A DNA stretch of 64,000 nt from Candidatus Omnitrophota bacterium (GTDB lineage Bacteria; Hinthialibacterota; Hinthialibacteria; Hinthialibacterales; Hinthialibacteraceae): NCBI GenBank assembly GCA_016934335.1, contig JAFGTC010000309.1, forward strand, positions 10,714-74,713, in the 5' to 3' direction. The position numbers were made by a program, and so were the translations under genes. The notes beneath the pieces are model-generated. The model searched no databases and had not been told where the DNA came from. It was given only the letters and a program-made list of their open reading frames with translations. This document shows, in pieces, positions 30,274 to 39,419 of the stretch. How positions within the stretch are numbered: the first letter of the stretch is position 1; each line of letters opens with the position of its first letter.

Positions 30274-32118
30274 TTAGGACGCTTTCTTGACTTTCATTAA
30301 ATCGCTGAGCAAGTCTTCGGTCTTGGAAAACGATTCTTGAATGCGATCCGGATTCTGCATAGCGCCGGAAAAACGAGCGCCGTCGAATTCCTCCAATACG
30401 GAGAGAACCGCATCGGCCTGACTTTCGTCAACACCGCCGTTTTGTAAAGCATGCTTCAACTCGAGGCGGGTCATTCCCGCGCTCGTCAGATTCCAGCGAT
30501 GATCGATGTAATCGGTGACCGCTTTTCTCAGTTTGACATAGACGGATTCCATGTCTTTGCGCTCCAGCGCTTTTCGAGCATCCGCCAGAAAACGGCGCGC
30601 CAGTTTGGGCGCTTTCAGGCTTTTGGCGACGGTCGGCCGCGCCGCCAGAAATTCATGACGCCATTTCCACGCCCCGATTAACAAAAGAAGCAGAATCGGC
30701 CACAATGCGATCACCCAAAATTTCAACGAGCAATACAAAGGCAGGCGAATCGTCGCCAGACCGGAGGGAGCAGTCGCGATGAACCGAAAATCATCGCCCA
30801 CGCGGGTGATCAAACGCCGGTTAAAGACCGCGCTCCCCGTGCGAGTCCGCTTCTCTGTGGAGGGAAGAATGGTCAAGCGGATGGGAGGCGTTTGCCGGAC
30901 GACGTATTCTTTTTTCGACGGATCGAAGAAGGCGTATTGGATCGGCCCGATCTCATTGGCGTTGATGTCATGCGGAATCAAGACGTAAGAATACTCGATC
31001 CGCCCCCGCATTCCATTTTCGGAAATGTTGACGTCCTCTTTTTGGGTAGGATCGAACTGATCGAAATTCGAGAGGTCGGGCAGCGCCGGTTTGGGCGCAT
31101 TTTTGATATTCCCAATGCCTTCCAGCGTGAGGCTCAACGTAACCGTTTCGCCTTCGCTGAGTTCGAGCGGCGCCGCCTCGGCGCGCAGCGTAAACGAGCC
31201 GACCGCCCCTTCGAAAATCTCGGGCCGACCCTCTTCGGGAAGAGGCTTGACTTTGAGCTGCACAGGTTCGGGCTTGTAAGGATATCGAGAGACGCGTTGA
31301 ATCGGCAGCGCCACCTCGACCGTCATGGGCGCCAGCGAGTAATCGCCCGGGGTCAGTGGAAAAAGAATGTAGCGCCGCAGCGATTTTTGAAAATACAGAT
31401 CGCGCTCGCCGGAAATGCGAACAGGCCTCGCGTCCTGCTTGAATCGCATGTCGACGGTTTCGGAGAGAAAACTCTTGAGCGCGCCCTTCTCTTCTTGGAA
31501 GGCGGCGTATTCGCCGTTTTGGATGATCGCCCGATCGAACCAGCGCTTCCATTGCTGGTTATAGACGGCGTCGTAGGACAAAATCACCTCTTCGCCCTTG
31601 TAGACCTCTTTTTTGGACGCATCGCTGAGCAAGTAGAGATTCAAGTCGCCCTGACCCTGGGGCGCGGACAGCAGGGGCGATCGAGTGGGCACCGGCTGGC
31701 TGCCGGGAAAGACCGTAATTTCGAATGGATCGGCCTGCACAGTTCCGGCGCCGGTCGCGATGCGAATGTCGGAGACTTTATATTTTCCTTCCTTCACGGC
31801 GAAGACATCGTACAAAAAGGTTATTTGATAACTGGAACTCGCCCGCCCGTTGATGAATTGAAATTGCTGGCTTGTGCTCTGGCTTCCATAGACAAAGTTC
31901 ACCCCATCGATCGATGGAAAGGCGGGCTTTTGCGAAATTTGCTCGCCCTGGGTTGTAACCACGACTTCCAATTGAGTTTGTTCGCCGACGCGCAAAACAT
32001 TCTTTTCCAGCCGGGTTTGGATCGTGACGTCGGCGGACGGAGCGCTGATGAATACGCCCGATAACAGAGCGATTGAAATCCATATAGGAAGCCAATATTG
32101 AAAGCGAGTCAGATTCAC
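30274..32118 (-). CDS. batD: BatD family protein (multiple Ig-like domains, C-terminal TM)
   Basis: SQQFQFING, KKEVY.GE, VKPLP....F.GAVG.F, G.GN.....P, FFDP..KEY; GTG start 32118 (alternative TTG 32136). Confidence 0.88.
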   Translation of the reverse strand: MNLTRFQYWLPIWISIALLSGVFISAPSADVTIQTRLEKNVLRVGEQTQLEVVVTTQGEQISQKPAFPSIDGVNFVYGSQSTSQQFQFINGRASSSYQITFLYDVFAVKEGKYKVSDIRIATGAGTVQADPFEITVFPGSQPVPTRSPLLSAPQGQGDLNLYLLSDASKKEVYKGEEVILSYDAVYNQQWKRWFDRAIIQNGEYAAFQEEKGALKSFLSETVDMRFKQDARPVRISGERDLYFQKSLRRYILFPLTPGDYSLAPMTVEVALPIQRVSRYPYKPEPVQLKVKPLPEEGRPEIFEGAVGSFTLRAEAAPLELSEGETVTLSLTLEGIGNIKNAPKPALPDLSNFDQFDPTQKEDVNISENGMRGRIEYSYVLIPHDINANEIGPIQYAFFDPSKKEYVVRQTPPIRLTILPSTEKRTRTGSAVFNRRLITRVGDDFRFIATAPSGLATIRLPLYCSLKFWVIALWPILLLLLIGAWKWRHEFLAARPTVAKSLKAPKLARRFLADARKALERKDMESVYVKLRKAVTDYIDHRWNLTSAGMTRLELKHALQNGGVDESQADAVLSVLEEFDGARFSGAMQNPDRIQESFSKTEDLLSDLMKVKKAS

Positions 32119-32129
32119 GGTTCGTTCTC

Positions 32130-32960
32130 TTACCAATCCTTATCCACTCGAACGCGGGAGTTCAGTTCGCGCGGGCGCTTAAATTCTTTGCGCTTTTCTT
32201 TTTCGTCGTCTTCCAGATTTTTAAGCAGCTGCATCGCTTGTTCGCGCGTCATTTCCTCGCGAGGCTCGTCGGGCTGCGCCTGCGCCTGATCCTGTTCCTG
32301 CAGCTCTTGCGGCTCTTGTTCCTGTTGTTGATTTTGCTCTTGCTGCTGTTCCTGCTGCTCTTGATTCTGCTGTTCCTGATTTTCCTGCTGCTGTTGATCC
32401 TGCTGTTGCTGTTCCTGTTGCTGCTGTTGATTTTGTTGATCTTGCTGCTGCTGATCCTGCTGCTGGTTTTGCTGTTGTTGATCCTGCTGCTGTTGATCTT
32501 TGTTTTGATCAATCTGTTCCTTCAATTTGCGCCGGGCGAGTTCCAAGTTGTATTTGGCGTCTTCGTCGTCCGGATGCAGCTTCAGGGAGCGAATATAAGA
32601 TTCGATGGCTTTGGCGTAATCTTCCTGGCGGAAATAACAGTTCCCGATATTGTAGTGCGCCTGCGCTTCGAATTTTTCATCGGAGGCGCCGACGACGCTC
32701 TGATATTCTTCAATCGCTTTTTCATAATTGCCCTGCCTGTACCAGGCGTCGCCGATGTTGAAATGAAGTTCCTTCGATTCGGGCGCATAGGTTGCGGCGA
32801 TATCCGTATATTGTTGGATGGCCTCTTCATATTTCTCTTCGCTGTAGGTGCGGTTGGCTTCCTCCACGCGATCGCGCAAAGGATTGATCCATGCAATCTG
32901 CATGACGGATAAAAGGGCGATGAAACAAAGGCCAATTCGTTTTAGAGCGGCATGCTTCAT
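32130..32960 (-). CDS. batC: BatC-like TPR protein with Gln-rich linker
   Basis: FNIGDAWYRQG.YE.A, HYNIGNCYF, SL...P.D.DAKYNLELA, poly-Q linker, EQA.QLL, terminal KDW. Confidence 0.88.
   Translation of the reverse strand: MKHAALKRIGLCFIALLSVMQIAWINPLRDRVEEANRTYSEEKYEEAIQQYTDIAATYAPESKELHFNIGDAWYRQGNYEKAIEEYQSVVGASDEKFEAQAHYNIGNCYFRQEDYAKAIESYIRSLKLHPDDEDAKYNLELARRKLKEQIDQNKDQQQQDQQQQNQQQDQQQQDQQNQQQQQEQQQQDQQQQENQEQQNQEQQEQQQEQNQQQEQEPQELQEQDQAQAQPDEPREEMTREQAMQLLKNLEDDEKEKRKEFKRPRELNSRVRVDKDW
32278..32517 (-). repeat. Low-complexity CAG/CAA (poly-Gln) tract within batC
   Basis: Encodes QQQQDQQQQNQQQDQQQQDQQNQQQQQEQQQQDQ..., about 80 codons dominated by Gln. Confidence 0.85.
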
Positions 32961-33035
32961 GGTTCGATATCTCCCGGCGCGGTTTCTTAATCTATAGGTT
33001 ATCACGCTCTTGTCGTCTCCGTACATTCAATAGAT

Positions 33036-34112
33036 TTATTCGCTGGAAGCCGAACGCTTTTCCGCCGGCGTAAACTCGGCGTGGCGGTAGCCGCCGACGG
33101 TTCGTTTGGGAGCGCGTTTGCGATCTGTCAGCAGCATTTCGATCAGCAGCAATACCAGCGCGAGGAACAAAAAATATTGGAATCGCTCCTCAAACTGGGT
33201 GACGAATTGAGTTTTCAACAATCTCTCCTGGCGTCGCTGCTCCATGTGCTGATAAATATCGTCCAACTGCAGCGAATCGGCGCGCACGCGGAAATACGCG
33301 CCGCCGGTCGTCAGGCAAATGGAGCGAAGCGCCGCTTCATCGAGTTTGCTGGTCACTACGTTCCCTTCCCGATCTTTGATATATTCCTTGATGCCGCCGG
33401 ATTCGTCGCGTATGGGGATGGGCACTCCCAGCGGATCGCCGATTCCAATGGCGTAGATCATCACGCCTTCTTCGGCGGCTTTCTCGGCGGCCTGCTTGGG
33501 ATCTTCCACCGTATCTTCGCCGTCAGTGATCAAAATCACAACGCGCGACTCCCGCTCGCCGGGCGGGAAAGATTCGACCGATTTTCGGATGGCCGCCGAA
33601 ATTGCGGTTCCCGGAACCGGGACCGAGCCGATCTCCACTTCGCTGAGCAGAATCTTGGCGGCCGCGTAATCGAGCGTCAGCGGACATTGAACGAAAGCTT
33701 CACCGGCGAAGATCACCACGCCGATGCGGTGCCCCTGCAGTTTATCGAACAACTGCGCGATTTCATGTTTGGCTTTGGCCAGGCGATTGGGCTTGATGTC
33801 TTCGGCCATCATGCTGCGCGAGACATCCAGCGCGATCACGATGTCATTGCCGCGCGAGACGACGGTCTGCTCTTTCTGCCCCCACATGGGCCGCGAGAGG
33901 GCGATCAGCGAAAAGAAGAACACAAAAAAGATGAGCCACAGTTTGGCTTTTTGCTTCTGGCGGCTGACGCCGTCCATCAATCTCGAAATCAATTCGGGAT
34001 TTCCAAATCGCTCCAATGCGCTCAGCCGCTTGCTCCACGCCCAGCGAAGAAAGAACGCCAGCGGGATCAGCAGCCAGAGTGAGTTAAGAAATTCATGCGT
34101 TCCAAATCTCAT
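33036..34112 (-). CDS. batB: BatB-like von Willebrand factor A domain membrane protein
   Basis: ALSRP.WG, DVSRSM.AEDIKPNRL..AK MIDAS, FAGEAFVQCPLT.DY, ITDGED, EERFQYFL; ATGA overlap with batA. Confidence 0.9.
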   Translation of the reverse strand: MRFGTHEFLNSLWLLIPLAFFLRWAWSKRLSALERFGNPELISRLMDGVSRQKQKAKLWLIFFVFFFSLIALSRPMWGQKEQTVVSRGNDIVIALDVSRSMMAEDIKPNRLAKAKHEIAQLFDKLQGHRIGVVIFAGEAFVQCPLTLDYAAAKILLSEVEIGSVPVPGTAISAAIRKSVESFPPGERESRVVILITDGEDTVEDPKQAAEKAAEEGVMIYAIGIGDPLGVPIPIRDESGGIKEYIKDREGNVVTSKLDEAALRSICLTTGGAYFRVRADSLQLDDIYQHMEQRRQERLLKTQFVTQFEERFQYFLFLALVLLLIEMLLTDRKRAPKRTVGGYRHAEFTPAEKRSASSE

Positions 34113-35128
34113 GGCAATTTCCGAAATCGCGTCTGCGACAGAATGAGTTCCACCAGTAAAATCGCCAGCGCCGGAATCAGAAAATAATGAAAGAGTTCGC
34201 GAAACCGGCGGCTGCCCTGCGTTTGAATCTTCGATTTTTCCAATTGATCGATCTGCTGAAAAATCTCCCGAAATTTTTGCGTGTCCGTGGCGCGGAAATA
34301 TTGCCCGTTGGATGCGTCGGCGATTTGGCGCAAGGTCGATTCGTCGATGCGCTCCGCCTGGGGAACGGGTGTCAGCTGCTGGCCGAAGAGAAAATTATTC
34401 TGCAGAATATAGGGAATTCCCAGACCGCCCACGCCGATGGTGTAGATTTTTACGCCCAGCGCGCTCGCCATTTCCGCCGCGGTCAGCGGATCGAATTCGC
34501 CGGAATTGTTCGCTCCGTCGGTAATCAGAATGATCACCTTCGATTTCGATTCAGTATATCGCAGCCGGTTGAGCGAAGAGGCGATGGCGTTGCCGATGGC
34601 CGTGCTGTTGCCGGGAATCATGTCGATCTTCACATCATCGAGAAAATTCTGCACGATGCCGTAATCGACGGTCAGCGGGCACTGGAGAAATGCATCCGTC
34701 GCGAAGACCGTCATGCCGATGCGATCGTTGCGCCGCCCCTCGACGAACGATTTAACGACTTCTTTGGTGACGTCCAGGCGCGTGCGCCGATTCTGCAAAT
34801 CCAGATCGATCAACACCATGCTGTTGGAGACATCCACGCACAGCATGATATCGATGCCTTCCGTAAAGATTTCGCTGCTGACCAATTCCGCCTGAGGCCG
34901 CGCCAGCGCCATGATAAATAACGCCAATACCAGCAAACGCAGCCCCGCCAGCACGCGGCGAACCTTGTGAGTTATGGGAACGCGGGCGTTGGATGCGCCG
35001 AAAATTTTCTTGATGCGCCCGATGTCCGAATAAATCAACGGCGCGCCTCCGCCCTGACGCATGGATCGCCATGCCAGGAACGGAATCACCAACAATAGCA
35101 ACAAGTAAACTGGATATGCAAAATTCAT
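34109..35128 (-). CDS. batA: BatA-like von Willebrand factor A domain membrane protein
   Basis: MNFAYP..LLLL, ALARPQ, DVSNSM MIDAS, DRIG..VF, TAIG.A, ILITDGANN.G..DP..A, G.YFRA. Confidence 0.92.
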   Translation of the reverse strand: MNFAYPVYLLLLLVIPFLAWRSMRQGGGAPLIYSDIGRIKKIFGASNARVPITHKVRRVLAGLRLLVLALFIMALARPQAELVSSEIFTEGIDIMLCVDVSNSMVLIDLDLQNRRTRLDVTKEVVKSFVEGRRNDRIGMTVFATDAFLQCPLTVDYGIVQNFLDDVKIDMIPGNSTAIGNAIASSLNRLRYTESKSKVIILITDGANNSGEFDPLTAAEMASALGVKIYTIGVGGLGIPYILQNNFLFGQQLTPVPQAERIDESTLRQIADASNGQYFRATDTQKFREIFQQIDQLEKSKIQTQGSRRFRELFHYFLIPALAILLVELILSQTRFRKLP

Positions 35129-36154
35129 TTATGCCTCGCCAACCGGTTGAACCTCTTCTTGAGATTCTTCCGTTTTGTCGTTGTTTGCATCCGATTCGAT
35201 TTCGACCGCAGGCTGCTCGCGGGTTTGATCGACGATGCGCTCCGCCCGGTCAATCAATCCGTCCAACTCATCCGCGGGCAGCTCATGCTTCGCAAATTTC
35301 ATCAAATCGCAATCGGTGAAAAAATCTTCAAATTCTTGAAACAATCCCGAATCCATGCCGATCGTCCGGAACTCATCCAAAATCTCTTCGGTGGTTTGAT
35401 CGATGGCGTTGAAGCCCCAGCGCCGGCCGATATAAACGCGGAGAATTTCGCTGAGCCGCGTCGAGAAATATTCATAATCGTTGTTATGCCGCCATTCCTG
35501 ATTTTCCCGCAGCTCGCGCAGGGCGAGATAGGCTTCTTCATGCGCGGGCAGCGGAGGCTCGCCGGGCGCCTCGGACTGCCGCCGCTTGAAATAGCGCCGC
35601 AGCCCATACGCCGCCAACGCCGCCGCGAGCAGACTCAGTAAGACCGTCCAGATTATCCACATGCGGCTCGAGCCGGAAAGCAGCACCGGCTCTTTGATGT
35701 CGCGAATGTCGAGATCCTCCGCTTCTTCGGGCGTCAAACTGCGCACCGTGATCTTGATGGGCGATGTGCGGATCGATCCTCTCGCCCCATCGGCCGTCTG
35801 ATACAAAATATCAAAAGCGGGAATCTCGAAGTCCCCCGTGAAGAACGTCGACAATTGATAATCGATGGTCTCGCGCACCTTTCCGTCGGGGAGATCCTCC
35901 ACCCCCTGCGGATTGATTTCCTTGATTTCAAACTGGCCGAGGTCTACGCCCGTTTCACGCTGAACAATTTGCACCGACGGATCTCGGGTAATCGCCACCG
36001 TAAGATGAAATACGTCGCCGATCAGAATCTCATTGCGATCCACCGAGGTTTCGATTGCGGGCGTCAACTGCGCGGGAACCGTCGCCGTCGCGTCGGCCGG
36101 CGCCTGCGCGATCGCCATATACGTCAGAAAAGAAAATAACAAGTTTGCCGTCAT
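35129..36154 (-). CDS. Bat-operon accessory protein: Ig-like domain, single TM, helical C-terminus (DUF4381-like slot)
   Basis: Signal peptide, ILIGD.F.L, IRDIKEP, TM, P.E.A...L, LS.ILR.YI, TT.EI, DL.KFAK; directly abuts batA. Confidence 0.75.
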   Translation of the reverse strand: MTANLLFSFLTYMAIAQAPADATATVPAQLTPAIETSVDRNEILIGDVFHLTVAITRDPSVQIVQRETGVDLGQFEIKEINPQGVEDLPDGKVRETIDYQLSTFFTGDFEIPAFDILYQTADGARGSIRTSPIKITVRSLTPEEAEDLDIRDIKEPVLLSGSSRMWIIWTVLLSLLAAALAAYGLRRYFKRRQSEAPGEPPLPAHEEAYLALRELRENQEWRHNNDYEYFSTRLSEILRVYIGRRWGFNAIDQTTEEILDEFRTIGMDSGLFQEFEDFFTDCDLMKFAKHELPADELDGLIDRAERIVDQTREQPAVEIESDANNDKTEESQEEVQPVGEA

Positions 36155-36226
36155 ATTAATCCATCTACTAGATTTCCATTATTTTCGACTTCGAACATCC
36201 TTCTTTCCAGCAGTCATCGAGAGATT

Positions 36227-37498
36227 CTATTCTTCTGCGCTTGGAGCGGCGTCCTCCGCCGGTTCGACAAGCGATTGATCGAAGATCTTCACTTTTTCGG
36301 CTTTCAACAAACGCTGTAAAAGCGCATCCTGCAGTTCGGCCGCTTTGCGCTGACCGACCAGCGACTGAACGCGCTGCTTCACTTCGTCGAGCGTCTGAAT
36401 CCGCTCCGGCGTCTTCTCGAGAATTTTGAACAAATGATATCCCTTTTCGCTTTGGATCGGTTCGCTGACCGCCTGGGCGTCCAACGCCAGGAGCCGCTCG
36501 ACAATCTCGGGCGCCTGCCCGACGGTTGGAACATATTGACTCCCCTGACTGATCGTTCCCAGAGATCCGTTGTTGGACTTCGAAGCGTTGTCTTCGGAAA
36601 ACTGCTGCACCGCCTGCTCGAAGGCCATGCCCTCGCTGACGGCTTTTTGCGCCTCCTCCGCTTTTTCTTGGGATGAAGTCAAAATATGCGCGATTTTCGC
36701 CGTCAAGGGAATTTTAAATTGGTCTTGATTTGCCTTGTAATACAGTTCGATGTCGCCGTCCGACACTTGAATTTTGTCGTTCACTTCCTCGCGCAAGACT
36801 TTCTGCGCCAGCATCATTTTTTCTACGCGCCGCATTTGTTGGCGGATTTCGCGGTCTTTCTGATACTCTTTGCGCAGCGCCATATCGTAAAGCAGTTCTT
36901 CAAATAGTTTGGACTGCAGATATTGGCGGCGTTTTTGTGGATCGTCGTAATATTTGCGCTGATTTTCAGGCATTTGGTTAAGTTCGCGCTCTAATTGATC
37001 GCGGGTGATGCGGCGGTCGCCGATCTGAGCAACCACGGGGCCGGTTCCTTCCTCCTCTTCGGCTTCCAGATCGGTCAGCTGTTTGAGTTTGCGCTGCGCA
37101 TCGCCGCCGCGCTGCAGTTCTTCGAAGCAGCGAACCATCCGTTTTTCCGCTTCGGGCGCAATTTTGGCTTGCGGATATAAGTGGCTGACTTCTAAAAAAC
37201 TGGCCAGCGCGTTTTCATAATCGTGGAGATTGTCGAGGTACAGCGAGCCGATTCGATAGAGAATGTTGGCGCGCTGCTCGATGGGAATTTCGGCGGCGTC
37301 TAAATATTTTTTGTACTGGCTGACGGCCTGATCGTACAGCCCCTGCGACTCGAGCGCCGAGGCCAAGGTGCGAATCTGCTCGGGCGGAATGGGGTACGCC
37401 GATCCGCCGCCGCCGGGAGACATAAGAACCAGCACGACGATCAACAGCAGTAAACAGATCGAGATGATGGAAAGAACAACGTCTCGCATAATATTCAT
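36227..37498 (-). CDS. Membrane-anchored TPR + parvulin/PpiC-type peptidyl-prolyl isomerase (PrsA/SurA-like)
   Basis: N-terminal TM; TPRs; VVAQIG...IT; HIL....A, F...V..FSED..S..NNG.LG, VSEPIQS.KGYHL. Confidence 0.88.
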   Translation of the reverse strand: MNIMRDVVLSIISICLLLLIVVLVLMSPGGGGSAYPIPPEQIRTLASALESQGLYDQAVSQYKKYLDAAEIPIEQRANILYRIGSLYLDNLHDYENALASFLEVSHLYPQAKIAPEAEKRMVRCFEELQRGGDAQRKLKQLTDLEAEEEEGTGPVVAQIGDRRITRDQLERELNQMPENQRKYYDDPQKRRQYLQSKLFEELLYDMALRKEYQKDREIRQQMRRVEKMMLAQKVLREEVNDKIQVSDGDIELYYKANQDQFKIPLTAKIAHILTSSQEKAEEAQKAVSEGMAFEQAVQQFSEDNASKSNNGSLGTISQGSQYVPTVGQAPEIVERLLALDAQAVSEPIQSEKGYHLFKILEKTPERIQTLDEVKQRVQSLVGQRKAAELQDALLQRLLKAEKVKIFDQSLVEPAEDAAPSAEE

Positions 37499-37531
37499 CC
37501 GTCCTCGCTAAATAATTTTTTCCGCGCTGCG

Positions 37532-38407
37532 CTAGTAGCGCTTGGCCCGCTGTTCGAAAAAGCGAATCAACGGGTCGATGTACGGGCGATCAGTGCGCAC
37601 CGGCACATGATCGATCTGCATTCGCTTGAAGTTTTTCACAAGTTGATCGATGTCCGATTGAGCGTTTTCGGAAAACCGTTTTCGAATCGAAGAATCGTAT
37701 GTATCGATGACGATGATTTCGCCGGTCTCCGCATCCTCCAATTCGAGAAATCCGATGGGCGGCATCTCGACTTCGCGCGGATCGGTGATGCTGATGGTGA
37801 TCAAATCGTGTTTTTTATTGGCGATGCGCAGCGATTCTTCGTACCCTGCATTCATAAAATCGGACATCAAAAAAACGACGCTTTTGCGCGTCAAAATTTT
37901 CGCCATAAAATCGAGCGCCGCCTTAATATCCGTAGAGCCGCCGGTCGGCTCAAACATGAGCAGTTCGCGAATCAAGCGCAGAACGTGCTTCTTGCCTTTT
38001 TTGGGCGGGATAAAGATCTCGACATCGTCGGTGAACACAATCAAGCCGACCCGGTCGTTGTTTTTGATCGCCGAGAAGGCGAGCACGGCGGATAATTCGG
38101 CGGCCAGTTCGCCTTTCATCTTTTCCGCCGTTCCGAAGATGCTGGACGACGACGCATCCACCAGCAGCATGACCGTCAATTCGCGCTCCTCGCGGTAGCG
38201 CTTGACGAAAGGCCCGCCCATGCGGGCGGTGACGTTCCAATCGATGGTTCGGATGTCGTCGCCGTGCTGGTATTCGCGCACTTCTTCGAATTCGACGCCC
38301 TGACCCTTGAACACGGAATGATATTCGCCGGCCAGCACGTCGTTGACCATGCGGTTGGTGCGAATTTCGATGCGCCGGATTTGACGAATCAACTCGCGTG
38401 GAATCAT
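37532..38407 (-). CDS. DUF58 domain protein (MoxR-associated)
   Basis: GEYHSVFKG.G.EF.EVREY..GDD.R.IDWNVTAR, EERELT, D.S.S, SDF; ATG 38407 overlaps the GT2 stop (ATGA). Confidence 0.93.
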   Translation of the reverse strand: MIPRELIRQIRRIEIRTNRMVNDVLAGEYHSVFKGQGVEFEEVREYQHGDDIRTIDWNVTARMGGPFVKRYREERELTVMLLVDASSSSIFGTAEKMKGELAAELSAVLAFSAIKNNDRVGLIVFTDDVEIFIPPKKGKKHVLRLIRELLMFEPTGGSTDIKAALDFMAKILTRKSVVFLMSDFMNAGYEESLRIANKKHDLITISITDPREVEMPPIGFLELEDAETGEIIVIDTYDSSIRKRFSENAQSDIDQLVKNFKRMQIDHVPVRTDRPYIDPLIRFFEQRAKRY

Positions 38408-39324
38408 AGTGAATTCTCCGAACGCCGCTTCGTGATCTCCTGCTGCAGCTGAGCGATGGTTTTCTGCGCCGCCGCCAGACTGTCTCTCCATTGAGCCGCC
38501 TGCTGAACGATCTGCTGGGTTTGGGCGGCCTGCCGGCGAATCTGCCGCTGCTGTTGAAACGTGCGCTTGAAAATCGGATCGAAGGCGGCGTGACGTTCGT
38601 CTCGATAGCGCCGCTTCACAACCCTTTCGTTGATGGGATACTGTTCGCTCTCGCGGATATTCGAATTGTCGTCCCGGCGGCGGTATTCGCCGGTGACTTT
38701 GGCGATGTGTTGAAATGGAAACTTGCGCGAAAGGCGAATGAGAAACTCCCAATCTTCATAAATCGTCAGCGATTCATCGAAAGGCCCCGCCGCCTCGAAG
38801 CAGTCGCGCCGGATGAGCAGGCAGGTTATGGGGATATAATTCGCCAGTAAAAAGTTGTCCGCGTTAAAATCAAACGAATAGACCAATTGTTCTTTCATCC
38901 GCTTCCATTCGCCCGTTTGGGGATCCTGCTGGAACGTGACGTTGAGAACATCGCTGTACACAACCGGAAGATTTTCAGAAAACGCTTTGTCCGCCAGCGT
39001 CTGAATGTGGTCGGGATAGACGACGTCGTCGTCATCCAAAAAACCGATGTACGCCCCTTTCGCCGCTTCCACGCCGATATTGAGCGCAGCGGTGCGCCCC
39101 ATGTTTTGGGCGTTGCAGATATATTGAAAAGGAATGGCGCCCAGTTCGTCCGTCAGAGCCGGCGCCGCATCCTCGCCGGCGTCGTTGACGATGACTGCTT
39201 CAAACGATTCAAATGTCTGCCGGCGCAGAGACTGCAGGCATTCACGCAGCCTCTCCAGGCGATTGTAAGTGCGAACGACGATCGAAACGCGCGGATCTTT
39301 ATGACTCATTGACATTGAATTCAT
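38404..39324 (-). CDS. Family 2 glycosyltransferase with C-terminal coiled coil
   Basis: VSIVVRTYNR, IVND, G...ALN.G...A.G.YIGFLDDDD, FDE.L...EDWEF..R; start uncertain (39324, 39315 or 39309). Confidence 0.9.
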   Translation of the reverse strand: MNSMSMSHKDPRVSIVVRTYNRLERLRECLQSLRRQTFESFEAVIVNDAGEDAAPALTDELGAIPFQYICNAQNMGRTAALNIGVEAAKGAYIGFLDDDDVVYPDHIQTLADKAFSENLPVVYSDVLNVTFQQDPQTGEWKRMKEQLVYSFDFNADNFLLANYIPITCLLIRRDCFEAAGPFDESLTIYEDWEFLIRLSRKFPFQHIAKVTGEYRRRDDNSNIRESEQYPINERVVKRRYRDERHAAFDPIFKRTFQQQRQIRRQAAQTQQIVQQAAQWRDSLAAAQKTIAQLQQEITKRRSENSL

Positions 39325-39419
39325 CCAGTAAAGTCGAGGCAAGAATTTACTGGATTTCCATTTCTCCGTTTTTCTCCAGTTCAGGGATGTAATTCGTTCG
39401 ACAATAGCGAACTTCCGAC

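Noticed and set aside
32238-32912. Leu-rich antisense ORF resembling a membrane protein
   Set aside because: It is the reverse complement of the BatC CAG/CAA tract
38408-38752. 115-aa N-terminal extension of the DUF58 ORF (possible fusion or frameshift with GT2)
   Set aside because: Alternative-frame read of the GT2 gene; DUF58 has a normal start (MIPREL) with an ATGA overlap and no slippery site was seen
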